Assembly (NCBI RefSeq): GCF_009914755.1
Contig: NC_060946.1
Origin: the human T2T-CHM13v2.0 reference genome, Homo sapiens
DNA length: 64,000 bases
Reading direction: 5' to 3' (one strand)
Positions 23,801 to 37,782 of the stretch are shown one piece after another. The number at the start of each line of letters is the position of its first letter. The stretch's first letter is position 1. A program made the translations under genes and the position numbers. A model generated the notes under the pieces. It ran no database searches. It saw only the letters and a program-made list of their open reading frames with translations, and had not been told where the DNA came from.

Positions 23801-26261
23801 GGCAAGATACCCACGTAGCCTCCAGCTTCAAGGGTGCCCCAGATAAATCAGACAGGTTGTGGGAGGGGGCTGGCAGGGCAGTGTGCTCACTCCCCCAGAG
23901 CCCCCTTCCTGGCCCCTCACCACCCCCACCCCAAGCCTGATCTGAGGACAGCAGCTGACCTGGCCTTACCGCCCCCAGAAGCTGATTCACCCCCAGGCCC
24001 CATGTGAGAAGGAAGGAGACAAACTCAGCTCTGAGGGGCTTGAATCACCAGCCGCCCCCTGCAAAGCCCCGGGGTTGGGGGGGGGATGCGGGGGTGGGGG
24101 CCAGCCCCCTGCCTGTCTGTCTCTTTCCTGGACCCTGGGGCTCTCAGGAGAGAGGGCAGCATGTCAGTGGCATGGGCAGGGGTGAGATGGGAGGTCCCTT
24201 CACAGTCAGGCATTCTGTGTGGGCAGCCAGCAGCAGTTACTCACCAGGTAAGCAGCTCTCCGGGCATTGGGGAATTCCCCAAGACCAGCGACCCAGAAAC
24301 AGCGCTCCGGGCACCCCCGGCTGCCCAGGCTGGCCTCCCTCCTTCCTTCCCCATCCCCTCTGGCCCTGGTACCTGGAAAATGAGCAGAGCCCTCAGGTGG
24401 GCCTAGGAAGGAAGCGGGGGGCCAGAGGGTGGGTCCCAGGCTCAGGGCTGGTGAGGAGTGGCCAGAGGAGATGGTGAAGCTCAGGAATGCCGGGCACAGC
24501 CCAGCCAATTGGGCATCCTGGCCAAAAAGGCAAGAGCACCGCACTCTTCAATGCTTGAGGAGTGAGAGTGTGATGCCACCAGCGGACCGTGCCTCCACTG
24601 TTCTCACCCCAGTGGTGTGGGTTCAAATCCCTCCTGCCCCAACAACCAGCTATGTGGCCCGGGACAACGGGCTTCCTTTCTCATACCCTCGGTTTCCCCT
24701 CTGCAAATGAGGATGCTGTCATAACAGCCTCGTGGGGCCATCATGGGGATGTTTCTTGGGAAATGCGGATAAACGTCTAACACATGGCAGCCCTTCTAAT
24801 AAGATCTGGTTGTGGCCGCAGAAGGAGCTCAAACTCCAGACCGAGTCAGGGGCTTGGGTTAGGGCTGGGTCCCATGGTCAGCACACTGGAGTCCGAGAGT
24901 CAGGGCAGGAGGTGGCTCCTGGGTCCGCTTAGTTCATGGAGCCTGGTGTGGGTTTTGGGAGAGTGGGTAGCATCTCAGAACCTTGTGGGGGGACATAAGC
25001 AGTACTTCCCCCATCTCTGGGCCCTGGAGAGCCCAGCTGTCTTCTGGGGGCTCTTGAGGTCCAGACGCTGGACCTATCTCCTGCCCCTTCTCACCCTTAC
25101 CGGATCCAGTCTCTGGCAGCGACCAGCAGTATCCCCTCAGGGCCAAGGAGAAGCCAGAAGCCACCCTGGACTTCTGCCAACTGCTCCCATCATCACCCGA
25201 CATTTCCCGACCGACTGTGTCAGGAATCAACCCCCTGGAGATGAATCAGAGTGACTGCATTTTTTTTCTTCATTTCTGATAGAAATTGCAAGGGAAGCAG
25301 CAGCCCCTGATCATTGGCAGGGCCAGCCAGAGGCCTGGCCGTGGCGTTGCGTGGGGCCGGTCCCCCCCAGGGCTCTGTAGAATGGGTTGCTGTCTACCCC
25401 AGCCATCAGCATTTAGTGAGCATGGCCTTTGAGACTCTGCAAGCACTTTTACCTCCCCCAGGCTCTCCCTGAATCTCGAACTAGCCTGAGACCACTGCAG
25501 GCAGATATAGAGAGAGCAGTGTTTTCACACTGCAGGCCTCTGCCTCTTCGTGGGTCATGAATTCAATTAGAGGGTTGCCACCAACACTTTCAAAAAGGAA
25601 TAGCGAAATCACCTGGCATCGCCCAGAGCCAGGGCGAGGATTGCTCCATGAAACTTTTTTTCCGGTTGTCTGTATGTCAGTATCTGCATCCTCATCTGGT
25701 TGCAAGGTGCAATGTATTTCTTACTGTGGGTGGCAGTCAAAAACATTTGCAAGCCACTGGTATCGATGTTGAAAGCAGGCCCAGAGGGGCTGAGGAGTGA
25801 CTTGCCCAAGGTCACTCAGCAGTGTCTCACGGGGCTCCTGACTTCCCTTCCAGCTCAGGAATGGGCCAGAGGTGCCGCAGGGTAGGGCGGGGTGGGGCTG
25901 AGCAGGTGCTCAACGTGGGGAACCTGGCGGCACCCTGTGCCATGCCGTGACAAAGGCCTTCCAGAGCCCAACCTCTCACTGTCCACTCCCTTCCGCAGCC
26001 TCGGACCCCTGGGCTCTCTGCCCTGCCCCGTCCCACCTGGGTGGAGCCCAGGACAGTCACAGGCCTTTCTTTCGTACTCCACCAGGGAGTCTTTCATCCT
26101 CACCACAGGGTGCGGGAAGAGGAAGTGGCCACAGCCACCTTCCCAGGGCAGCCTGAGGCCAAGAGCCACAGCCTGCAGTAGAGGGTGCACACTTGGGCTC
26201 CCTGTGGCCCTGGGACATGGCTGAGTCTCTTTGTCTGAGTCTGAGTGGGCATTTGCCTGAG

Positions 26262-26530
26262 CATGTGTGTGTAGTGAGTGCCTCTGTGTCTGTGCATGCC
26301 TGTGTCTGGTCCCGTGTGTGCATGTGTGGTGTATGCATGTGTGTGCATGTGTGTGGATCTGCTTGTACTGTTTGCTTTGTGTGACAGCGAGCTAGACGGT
26401 GCACATCTCTGGCTGCTATTGTGAGTTCTCCGTGTGGTTGTGTGAGTCTGTGTGTGTGCGCACGCGTGCGCGTGTGCCCATGGGCATGAAGCCAGTGCGA
26501 CTGTGTGTCTGGCCTTGTGTCTGCATGAGT
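26262..26530. repeat. TG-rich low-complexity / alternating purine-pyrimidine tract
   Basis: Degenerate (TG)n; tgtgtgtgtgcgcacgcgtgcgcgtgtgc at 26449-26477. Confidence 0.8.
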
Positions 26531-28417
26531 TTGTGTAGGACTGTGGATCCCTGGGCACGACGGCTCGGAGAGGGGGGAGGCCTAACCCTGGGCGTGCACG
26601 CATGCGTTTCTGAGCCTCCAGGCCTGCGTGTGCCCCGGCGTGTGTCTCCAACAATCCCTGCTCCTCACCCTCCAGCCCCCGCCCCTGGGAACCATGTGGC
26701 AGCCTCACGTCACAGGGGCCACCAGCAGCTGGCTTCCTCCCTACCCCGCCCCAGCCCCCCACTCCACAACGCCCTGGCCACCCTGACTCTTGGCACAGGG
26801 ACAAAGCTGATGTCAGAGGCGAGCTGACAGCTTTCTTCTCCCACTGGATTTTCCAAAAGAGAGAGACCACAGCGGCCCCTATTAAATAATCATGGGGCTG
26901 GGGGGTAAAGGAGGGACGTGTCACTCAATGATTTCCTGGACTCAGAGGCCATAAACAGAACAGGAAGCAGCCCGAGGACCTATTCAGCCTGAAACTGGCC
27001 GTGCAGAGGTGTGGGCCTGGCCTCCTCTCCTTCCCCTCCCCCAGCCAAGCTCACTGGGGCCACCCTGACCCGACCCAGCACCCAGGGGAGCCTGAGGATT
27101 GTTCTGAGGATTGTGGGTGGGAGGGTGATGGGAGCCTCCGGTCTGGCGACAGTGATGACATGGAAAGAATAAAGTGGTCCCATCCCACTGGGTGGGGAGG
27201 ATGGAGGGGTGAGACCTGGCTGAGGTTGGACTATCCTCTTCCCTGGGAAGAGAAGGAAGAGTGAGCTTCCTGGGGTGAGGGGAGGGATGGGGCCGGGTGG
27301 GGGAGCCGCTGGTGGAACCTGGGATTGGAGGGGCCAGGCTTCCCTCTGTGTCTTGCAACGGGGTCGTAATACCTGTCCCCCACCAGTCCTGCACCCTTGG
27401 GTCCCCCTAGACCTCCAGGACCCTCCCAGCCCGGAGTAGTGCCCTTCTTGGGGCACAGGCCCCCAAGGCTTTCATAAGCCTCTCTCCCACCCCCTCCCCA
27501 CAAAACCAAGCATTACCAAGTGCTCACCAGAACCCGCTATGGGCTCAAACCCTAACCCGCATTCTCTGAGGGAGGCATTTTAAACTTCATTTGACAGACT
27601 CGGAAACTGAGGCTCACAGAGTGGAATGATTTGTCCCAGGTCACACAGTGTGTAATGGAGCCAGGTCTCCACCCCAGCCCCCTACCCCCAGCCTCCCTAA
27701 AACAGGACCCGGGAGGCCCAGGTGTGGTCTGAGCAGCCAGGCCCAGGGGGGGTCCCCACAGAGTCACTCCCCAGGCAGCCCCTCCTGCCTGGACCAGGCC
27801 GCCCAGTGGCTGATAAGCCACAGGACTGCATGACACAATCCCGCTCTGATCTTCTGCCCAGCCGAGCCTCTGCCCCCACCCCACCCCTGGACCCTGTTTC
27901 CATCTCCTCCCTTTCTGGGTGGGACCAACGCCCCGGCCTGGTGTCATTCATGGTGGGCTGTCCAGAGAGCCAGCTTCTCTGTGAACCTCTCAGCTGTTGA
28001 GGTCTCCCCAAAGTCCACCCTAGCCAGAGGGCTGGCAGCAGGAGACCCCTGCAGAGGGAGGACAGTGGCCTGTGCCACCCCCACCTGCCGGGTGGGGGTG
28101 GGGGACTTAGGGCCCATCTTGGCCCCTGCTGGCCTCAGCATCCCCACTTGGTAAAGGAAAAGCTCGGAGAAGAGATGAGGCTGCGCCGTGGAGGGGAGGA
28201 GGCTAAGTGGGCTCTGGAATCAGCCAGACCCCAGGTCCAGGCCCACCTTGGCCACTTACGAACTGTGCAGCCTCGGGCAGGTGGCCTCATCGCTCAGGCC
28301 TCAGTTCCAACGTCCACAAAATGGGGTAACAGTGTTGTCAACCTGTGAGGTCAGCAATGTCCTCTGCAAAGGCTGGCCAGCATGGAAAACATGGCTTGGT
28401 TATTGATATTGCTATTG

Positions 28418-28566
28418 TTTGAGACAGGGTCTCATTCTGTTGCCCAGGCTGGAGTGCAGTAGTGCCACCATAGCTCACTGCAGCCTCAATCACCCCCGCT
28501 CAAGCAATCCTCCTGCCTCAGCCTCCCAAAGTGCTGGGATTACAGGCATGAGCCACTGCACCAGGC
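28418..28566 (-). mobile_element. Alu monomer (FLAM-like) with TSD gttattgatatt
   Basis: Single arm; direct repeat at ~28399 and ~28570. Confidence 0.85.
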
Positions 28567-28823
28567 TGTGTTATTGATATTATCTTAGCTGTGGGGCCCA
28601 GAGAGGGGAAGTCGCTTTTCCAAGGCCACACAGCAAATTAGTGGCACATTCCCAGTAGTATGTGGACTAGTGGCCTCTCTTGAACTCCCAGACAGAGAGC
28701 TAGGAACCCTGGGTTTCAGTCCTGATTTGCTTGTGAGAATTCCAGAAGGAAGCTTCTCAGAGTCTCAGTTTCCCTTTCTAGATAAGTCCATGAGTCCCAA
28801 AGTGTCTAGAAAAGGTTCTTTGG

Positions 28824-29139
<316 letters not shown>

Positions 29140-32100
29140 TTATCTGAAGAGTGGCTTGTGGGGAGCAGTGGTGGGGGATAGAGAGAGAGACCCAGGTCCC
29201 CAGGAAAGCTGGGCCCAGGGCTAGGGGAGAGTCCAGGTCCAGGGCTCCCAGACCAGCATATGAAAGACACCCAATCACCTAGCCCGGCTCCAAACCACGG
29301 GCTGCAGCGCCCCCCACTGCCCAGCGGGCAGCAGGCCCTGCGGCCACGGCCCCGCCAGCCCCAGGCCAGCCTGCAGCCGGGGCCTCCCCTAGAGCTAGGC
29401 GGGATGGCATTTGGGGATTTGAGGAAGTGAGCCGGGATGCCTGAGACTCAGAATGGAGAGTGGGCAGATACAGGCCAAGGCTGGAGAAGGGGGCACCACT
29501 GAGGGGGTCTTGGAGGAGCCTATGCCATGTCCAGCACCTCCTGGGGAAGCCCTGAGGACCGGCCACAAGGGGGTGCCAGGACCACGTGCCTCTGCCTGGC
29601 GGAGCCTCTGGGAGGAGGAAGAGGAGGAAGGGGGAGAAGAATTTCTCTCCTGGCCCTGCTGCCGCGTCCCACTTCCCTCAGACTTCCAGGACGTCCTCTC
29701 TCCCCAGCCCCCATTTACAGGTCCTCATGACAATTCTTCCAAATGGGAATTACAATCACCGTTTTACAGAGGAGACAATTAAGACCCACAGAGGTAAAGT
29801 AAACCAAGTAAACCAGGGACACGTGGGGCAGAGCCCAGGTCCCCACCCTGCCCCAGCGTGCCAGGGAACCCCAGCATCCAGACCCAGGACTGGCCCACCC
29901 CGGAGACAGTTTCCCTATCCCCTCGGAAGCCTCTCCCCAGGTCTCGGGAGTTGCTGATAGCAAGATTGGGGTCGAGCCCCTTTCCCTCTCATGCCAGGCT
30001 CTGTGCAAGGATTTTACCTATATTTTTCCTTTCTCGCCACAGTGATCCCATAATTAGATCCATTTTACACAGTGAGTGAGGCACAGTGCAGTCAAGTCCT
30101 GCACTGGCCCAAGGCCAAAAGCACAGGGGCCTTGAACTTGACTGACCACACACGCTGGAGCCTCCTATACAGGAACCACCTCTCCATCAGAAGGAAACCG
30201 AGGTCTTCATGGGCTGGGTCCCCTGTACTGCTCTGGGGAAAAGAGAACTTGAGGGTCCCTTGGGAATCCAGGACTCAAAACTCCCAGATGACTGACCCCT
30301 CCAGGGTCCCAAACAGCCAGGATTCAAATCCAGGCCTCCTTCCAGCCACCATGTCCAGAGCTCTCTCCTCTGCCCTTTAACCCTTTGATGCTCTTTAAAC
30401 CCTCACATGTCCACATGACACTTTCGCATCCGTTCTCTCCTGCTTAGCCTCAACATCCTCAGAGAGATGTTCGGGGCTTATCTCACCATGTCCATTGCAT
30501 AGAAGGGGAAACTGAGGCCTGGAGCGTGTGTGGGCCACCAGATCTCCCCCTGACCCACAAGGGAGTGAGTGATATTTGCTTTGGTGGAGGATAAATTTGG
30601 AGGCTGGCCTCTACCCCCGGCCCTGCCCCTGGGAGAAGCCTACCGTGGTCTGTGCCTGCACACGCCGCTCCGGATCTGGAAGGTTTGCCAGGTCTTCAGT
30701 GGGACACCATCGTCTTCCGGGCCAGGCCCCCTCTGCTTCCCTCTCCTGCTGGATCTTCTCTGGAGTCGGCTCCTCACCCCGCCCCCAACTTGACTTCCCG
30801 TCCAGAGCTGGGTGGCCCTGACGCTACCCCCACTTCCACCCCCCACCTCCAGTTGAAGGGCTGGGGGCAGTAGGTGCAGAGGGCCCTGGGTTCCCACCCA
30901 GTCTGTGCCTGACACAGGTTGGGGCAGGGTCTTGGGAGCCAAGGGGAGAAGCAGGGCCGGGGTGTGGGGAGGGGGCGTCCTTGTGCCCGATGCCCCTGCC
31001 CAGTGCTGCGTGGCGAGGCCGCTGGGGCCTGAGTCACAGCTGACGGGGCCGCGCCCCGCCTGCCTGAGTGACCCAGGCCGGCATAAGGCGATGACTGGGC
31101 AGCCCTCCGCATGACCGCAGGGGTCGGCCTTAGGTGTTTTGACTCAGACCTGCCACAGGCCGTGTGCAGCACATCCAGCCTCCCCTTGTCCCTGTCCCCA
31201 GAAGAGTCACAGGGCTGCAGCTCCCCCCACGAGACATTGGGCCCCCTCCCAGGCCACCACTCCCTGCCCCAGCAGCCACCTCCAAACCTGGGGCGCCACC
31301 TGGCCCATCTGATCCACCCTTGCCACAAGCTCCAGGGCCCCGCCTGCCCAACCCCCTCCCTCAGAGACCTTCGCCCCTCCCCGAGCCCAGCCCTCAGACG
31401 TCCTGAGACGTAGGGAGCCGGGCCGGCCTTGGGAGGGCCTCCCCACTCCAAAGGAGCATGGACTGTGACCCTTCCTCGGCACTGAAAAAGGGCTTTTGTG
31501 GGCACCCCATGTCCCAGCCCCTGGTGGAGGGTGGGAGGCAGGCAGGGCAGGTGACAGGACAGGGACAAAGAGAAAAGTGCCGAGAAGAAAGAAAACCACT
31601 AAGGAGGGAAAGAGGAAATAAGAGAGAGAGCCTCAGCCACACTGGGTCAGGGACGGCCCTGCCAATAACGTCGTGTCTGTGCCATCTCCCAGGGAATCTT
31701 TGTCACAGCTGGGAGGTGGGCCAAGTTGGCCCCATTGTACAGAGGGGAAACTGAGGCTCAGCCCGGGCAGAGTACCCAGCTAGGGGGCTGAGTTCTAACT
31801 CATTTTGTGTAACTCTAAAGTATTTTAAACTCATCCCTGGGAAGAAAAAAAATCACATGAAAACCTGCAGCAAAGAGTCTAAGGCCACAGAGGCCCGGGT
31901 TCGCATCCTGGCTCTGCTGTTTCTACGCTGAGTTTGTTCTGTAGATTAACAAAATGTGCCAGGACCCCTCCCCGCCTTTTCCTGTAGTTTTGCTGTCCTA
32001 GGGAACTTTTAACCCATGTGTGTGACATGCAGCATTGACTGAGAGTCCCGGACCGCCGCCCTGAAAAACTTAAAAAAGAAAAAGAGAACCCAGCTTCGAG

Positions 32101-32508
32101 TAGATTCAGCGGCTGGACTGCACCAGGATCTCTTTATCTTCCTTAGCCTGGTGCCAGCGGACGGCTGCTCGTGACGCCTTTGTCCCTTATGTGAGTCAGT
32201 GCCGGGAGCACACACTTCTTTGCAGGCGCTGAAGGCCCCGTCCCTCCAGGGAAAGTGTGCCTAGCAGAGCGTCAGCTCTCGCACACTGTGGCAACAAAGC
32301 GGTTGCTCAGAGGGCCCCATCCTGCTGCCTCTCATGGTGGATGGTCGTGGGGACCCATCACACAGCAGTCCGTGCTGTGGAGTCGGCAGGATGATTTGAC
32401 AAGGCCCCGTTCTGCCTCTGTCTGATGGAAACTCCAAGTGGGAGCTTGCCCCACAAGCCCCTCTGGGTGGGGCAATCACAGAGGTGGGGGCATCTGTGCT
32501 TGGCCTCA

Positions 32509-34390
<1,882 letters not shown>

Positions 34391-35564
34391 CCAGGAAGAC
34401 TGCTGGTTGGGAGTTAGGGGCCTGGAGTTCTAGCCTCAGCCCTGCACTACTTTGCTCTGTGACCCTAAGCAAGATGCGTCCCCTCTCTGGGCCTTTGGGT
34501 AAATCCTGATGCCCTCACTCATGATACTCTGATCCCTGAATGCTCAGAGCCTTTGCCCTAGCTCTTCCCGCCTCCCCATCTGCACGTCACTCAGACCACA
34601 GTGTGGACATCACCTCTCCAGATGCCACTCTGACCACTCGCAGCGCCTGGCTCTCCCGCTGCTGTTACATCACCCTGCTTTATTTTTGCTGAGCTCATCC
34701 TGCAATCGCAGATGCTCCTGTTGGTCCTTGTGCCTGTCTATTGTCTGTCTGCCCCTTGCCCTGGAGCTCTGTGCCTTCAGGAATTCATGAAATTGTCAGC
34801 CAAGTTACAGAGGAAGAGGGGCACCAGGAAGATGCACCCGCCTGGGAGTCCCACGGCCCTGAATTCAAACTGTGCCTATCCCCAGTTAATTTGGTCTGAG
34901 GATGTGGGCAGGCCACTCAGACTCTCTGAGCCTCAGTCTTCTCATCTGCAAAATGTATCATGTCTATTGCAGGGAGTTCTGCACTGATTCTCCTCCACCC
35001 TGATGTCAAGTCCTCCTGTTCCCATCCCATCCCCAGCTCTATTTGCCATTTCAGGAAGTGGGGGTAGCCAGGGACCGATCCAAGTCAAGCTCACCTGCCT
35101 CTGGGAGCCCTTGCCTCAGCATGTTTTCAGCCTATACGTGCTCGCCTGGGCATTCGGGGGGAGCCCAGTTTTCTGCGAGTCAGATGGAAACCCTAACCCC
35201 TTGGGCACTTCAGGAAGCAGTTTTAAGCACAAACCAGGTCACTGGCCTTGTCTAAGGCAGGATCTGTTATTCTTTTGTTCATTCCACAGATGAGGAAACA
35301 AAGGCTCAGAGATGTGAAGGAATTTTCCCAAGGTCACCCAGAGAGATGGAACGGGGCTGAGACAGGATTTCAAGCCCAGCCAGGTCTCTTCATTCTTCTG
35401 CACACAGCCATTCCTCGTGTCTGCTGCATGCTCACTCCACATGAGGCAGGATGCTGGTGGCAGGGGTGTAACTGTGAACTCACTCTTTGATTTATTCCAC
35501 AAATGCCTAGAGCACCTTCCATGTTCCAGGCGCCGGATGTGCCCATGTCCCCCAGGGTGATCCA

Positions 35565-35820
35565 GGAACATACACACATATGAGAGGACACACTGGCACA
35601 TACCTAAGCTTGCACATGCACAGACATGCATGCAGAGACGCACCCAGATATCCATGCCTACAAGCATTCATAAATACAGATACAGACATATGCCTCCATT
35701 AGGACACTGACATCCAGGCTTCAAAATGAGGTAAGAGAAATACACATGCAACACACATTGGTATATAACACACATCAGCATGCAACGTCCATCAGCACAC
35801 AGACCTCAGCCACACACCCA
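35565..35820. repeat. CA-rich low-complexity tract
   Basis: Degenerate (CA)n/(CATA)n. Confidence 0.65.
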
Positions 35821-36146
35821 TGGGGGCCCAGAAGCAGCCCACACACTCAAGCCTTTCTTCCTCCCCTCTTGCTGCCACGTCTTGACACCCCTCATCCCCA
35901 ATGTGTCAAGGGAGCCCCATTTGGCCATAACCAATGCCTCATCTGAGTTTGACACCCCACCCCACCACAGTCACAGCCCCCGGCGGCTGGGGCATGTGAC
36001 TTCCCTTCCTAGGCAGAGCAAGGACCTCCAGCCCATCCCCAGAGCATGGACGCTTTTGGCCTTGCCACCAAGGTCCCTCCTCTCTCTAAGAGGCTGCCCT
36101 TCCACCACCCCAAATCCTTTCCAAGACAACCGTGAGACACAGAGGG

Positions 36147-37200
36147 TTTAGAAACCAGGCAAGTTTTAAATATAAGTTTGCACAATATTAACATTAAATA
36201 TACATCATAAATAAGGCTTATAAATATAAAACTGATAAAAATTGATAAAAATCGATAAATTAGTCATGTCCCTCCAAGGAACTGGCCTCGCAGTTTCTGA
36301 GACCCCCTCTAGGAGAGCAATGGCTCCTGCGTGAGAAAATTCCAGGATCCACCACCAGGGGGAGCAGCCAGCAGCGAGGACCCAAGACGGGCTTCCCGGC
36401 GCTGGGAGGTGGGTCTGCTTTTACAGAGACCTCCGTGTACACCTCCCAGCGCCATTTGCACCACCTGTCCTGATTTACAGATTTTTAATATCCACCTTAC
36501 GTCAGGGAATCCAAGCAACCGACAGGCAGTGGGGGCCTTGTACAGCCTCTAACTCCCTAGCTTCACAAAGAGAAAACAGGTCCACAGAGGTAAAGTGACC
36601 TGCCCCAGGCCACGTGGCGACTTCGGGGCTGGCCTGGGACCTGAGCTCCATTCCCTGGACCCCCGGATCAGGGCTCCTGGGACACCCTGCCGCTGTTACA
36701 GCTGCCTAAAGTGAGGTCACCCAGACATCCAGGTGTCTGGTTTGGGACATGATGAGGCATAGGAGGCCAGCTCAGGCTGTGACCTCCCCTTCAGAAACAC
36801 GGAAAGGAGGAAGTCTGGGGGCAACGGCCCTGCAAGTCATGAGAGGGAAGGACCGGCAGGCCTCGGGGAGCAAGGCAGGGGGGCAGTCAGCCCGGCCATG
36901 AGTCAGCCTGTGTCATCAGACCCCTGAATCAATGGAAAGTCGGTCCCGCGTGGCCCGCCCGGCCACCCCACTGGGCCTGGGGAACTTGGGGCTGAGGTGG
37001 GAGCGCAACAGCCTGACTCTGTCTCCCAGCCTGGAGGAGGTAGAGGGGTCTGCCCAGCTCCCACCTCTTAAAGTGCACTTCTCAGTGGCTAGTAGCAGAG
37101 GGGAACAGGTTTGGGGACCCGGGAGCTGTCATCCTGCGATGGTTCCTCTCATCCACAGAGCACCTGCCGCATCCTTCACCGGCAAGGGGTGCTCTCGAGG
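36147..37200 (-). other. OSM: OSM 3' UTR with terminal AU-rich element block (~36165-36262)
   Basis: Five ATTTA pentamers on the minus strand in an AT-rich island; 3' end approximate. Confidence 0.8.
36352..36365 (+). promoter_or_regulatory. CTCF motif, forward orientation (OSM 3' UTR)
   Basis: CCACCAGGGGGAGC. Confidence 0.55.
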
Positions 37201-37782
37201 CTACCGGGGCAGCTGTCCCCTGGTCATGAGTCTCTTGCCTTTCCTGGAGGGTCTGGTCCTGCGCACCCCCTTCCTCAGGGCCTGGTGGGGGCTGTGTCTC
37301 CGGCTCCGGTTCGGGCTCTCCCCCCACTTGCTGAAGACCCGCCCCACTGAGTGCATGAAGCGATGGTAGCCATGCAGGAACCTGCAGCCCTCCAGCTTGC
37401 GCTGAAAAGCATCCGAGGCAGGGGTGGGGGTGGGCGGCTGAGAGGCCCCCCGGCCAGCCTTCGTGGGCTCAGCCGTGTCTGAGTTGTCCAGCAGCTGGGC
37501 CATGCAGTAGATGTTGTTCCTGAGCCCGAGGATGTTCGGCCTCGCCATCTGCAGCTTCTCCAAGTCCTCGATGTTCAGCCCAGACCTCTCCAAATCCTGG
37601 GCCTTGGGGAGGCGCTGCTCTAAGTCGGCCAGTCTGTGCAGGACGCAGCCCAGTGTGGCATTGAGGGTCTGCAGGAAGCCCCGCCTGCCCAGCCCCCTCA
37701 GGGTCTCCTCACTGGGGAAGGCCCCGGGGCGCTCCCTGCAGTGCTCTCTCAGTTTAGGAACATCCAGGCCTTGGATACGTAT
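37201..37782 (-). CDS. OSM: OSM exon 3 coding part
   Basis: Acceptor cgccag|ATACGT; FxxK motif (FQRK) and basic C-terminal propeptide after RSRR. Confidence 0.98.
   Translation of the reverse strand: MRIQGLDVPKLREHCRERPGAFPSEETLRGLGRRGFLQTLNATLGCVLHRLADLEQRLPKAQDLERSGLNIEDLEKLQMARPNILGLRNNIYCMAQLLDNSDTAEPTKAGRGASQPPTPTPASDAFQRKLEGCRFLHGYHRFMHSVGRVFSKWGESPNRSRRHSPHQALRKGVRRTRPSRKGKRLMTRGQLPR

Noticed and set aside
26100-26924. 274-aa minus-strand ORF with H/T-rich stretch
   Set aside because: Product of the TG/CA low-complexity tract.
30774-31599. 264-aa and overlapping minus-strand ORFs between LIF and OSM (possible third cytokine paralogue)
   Set aside because: No signal peptide, helical pattern, conserved cysteines or FxxK motif; no 3-exon structure found.
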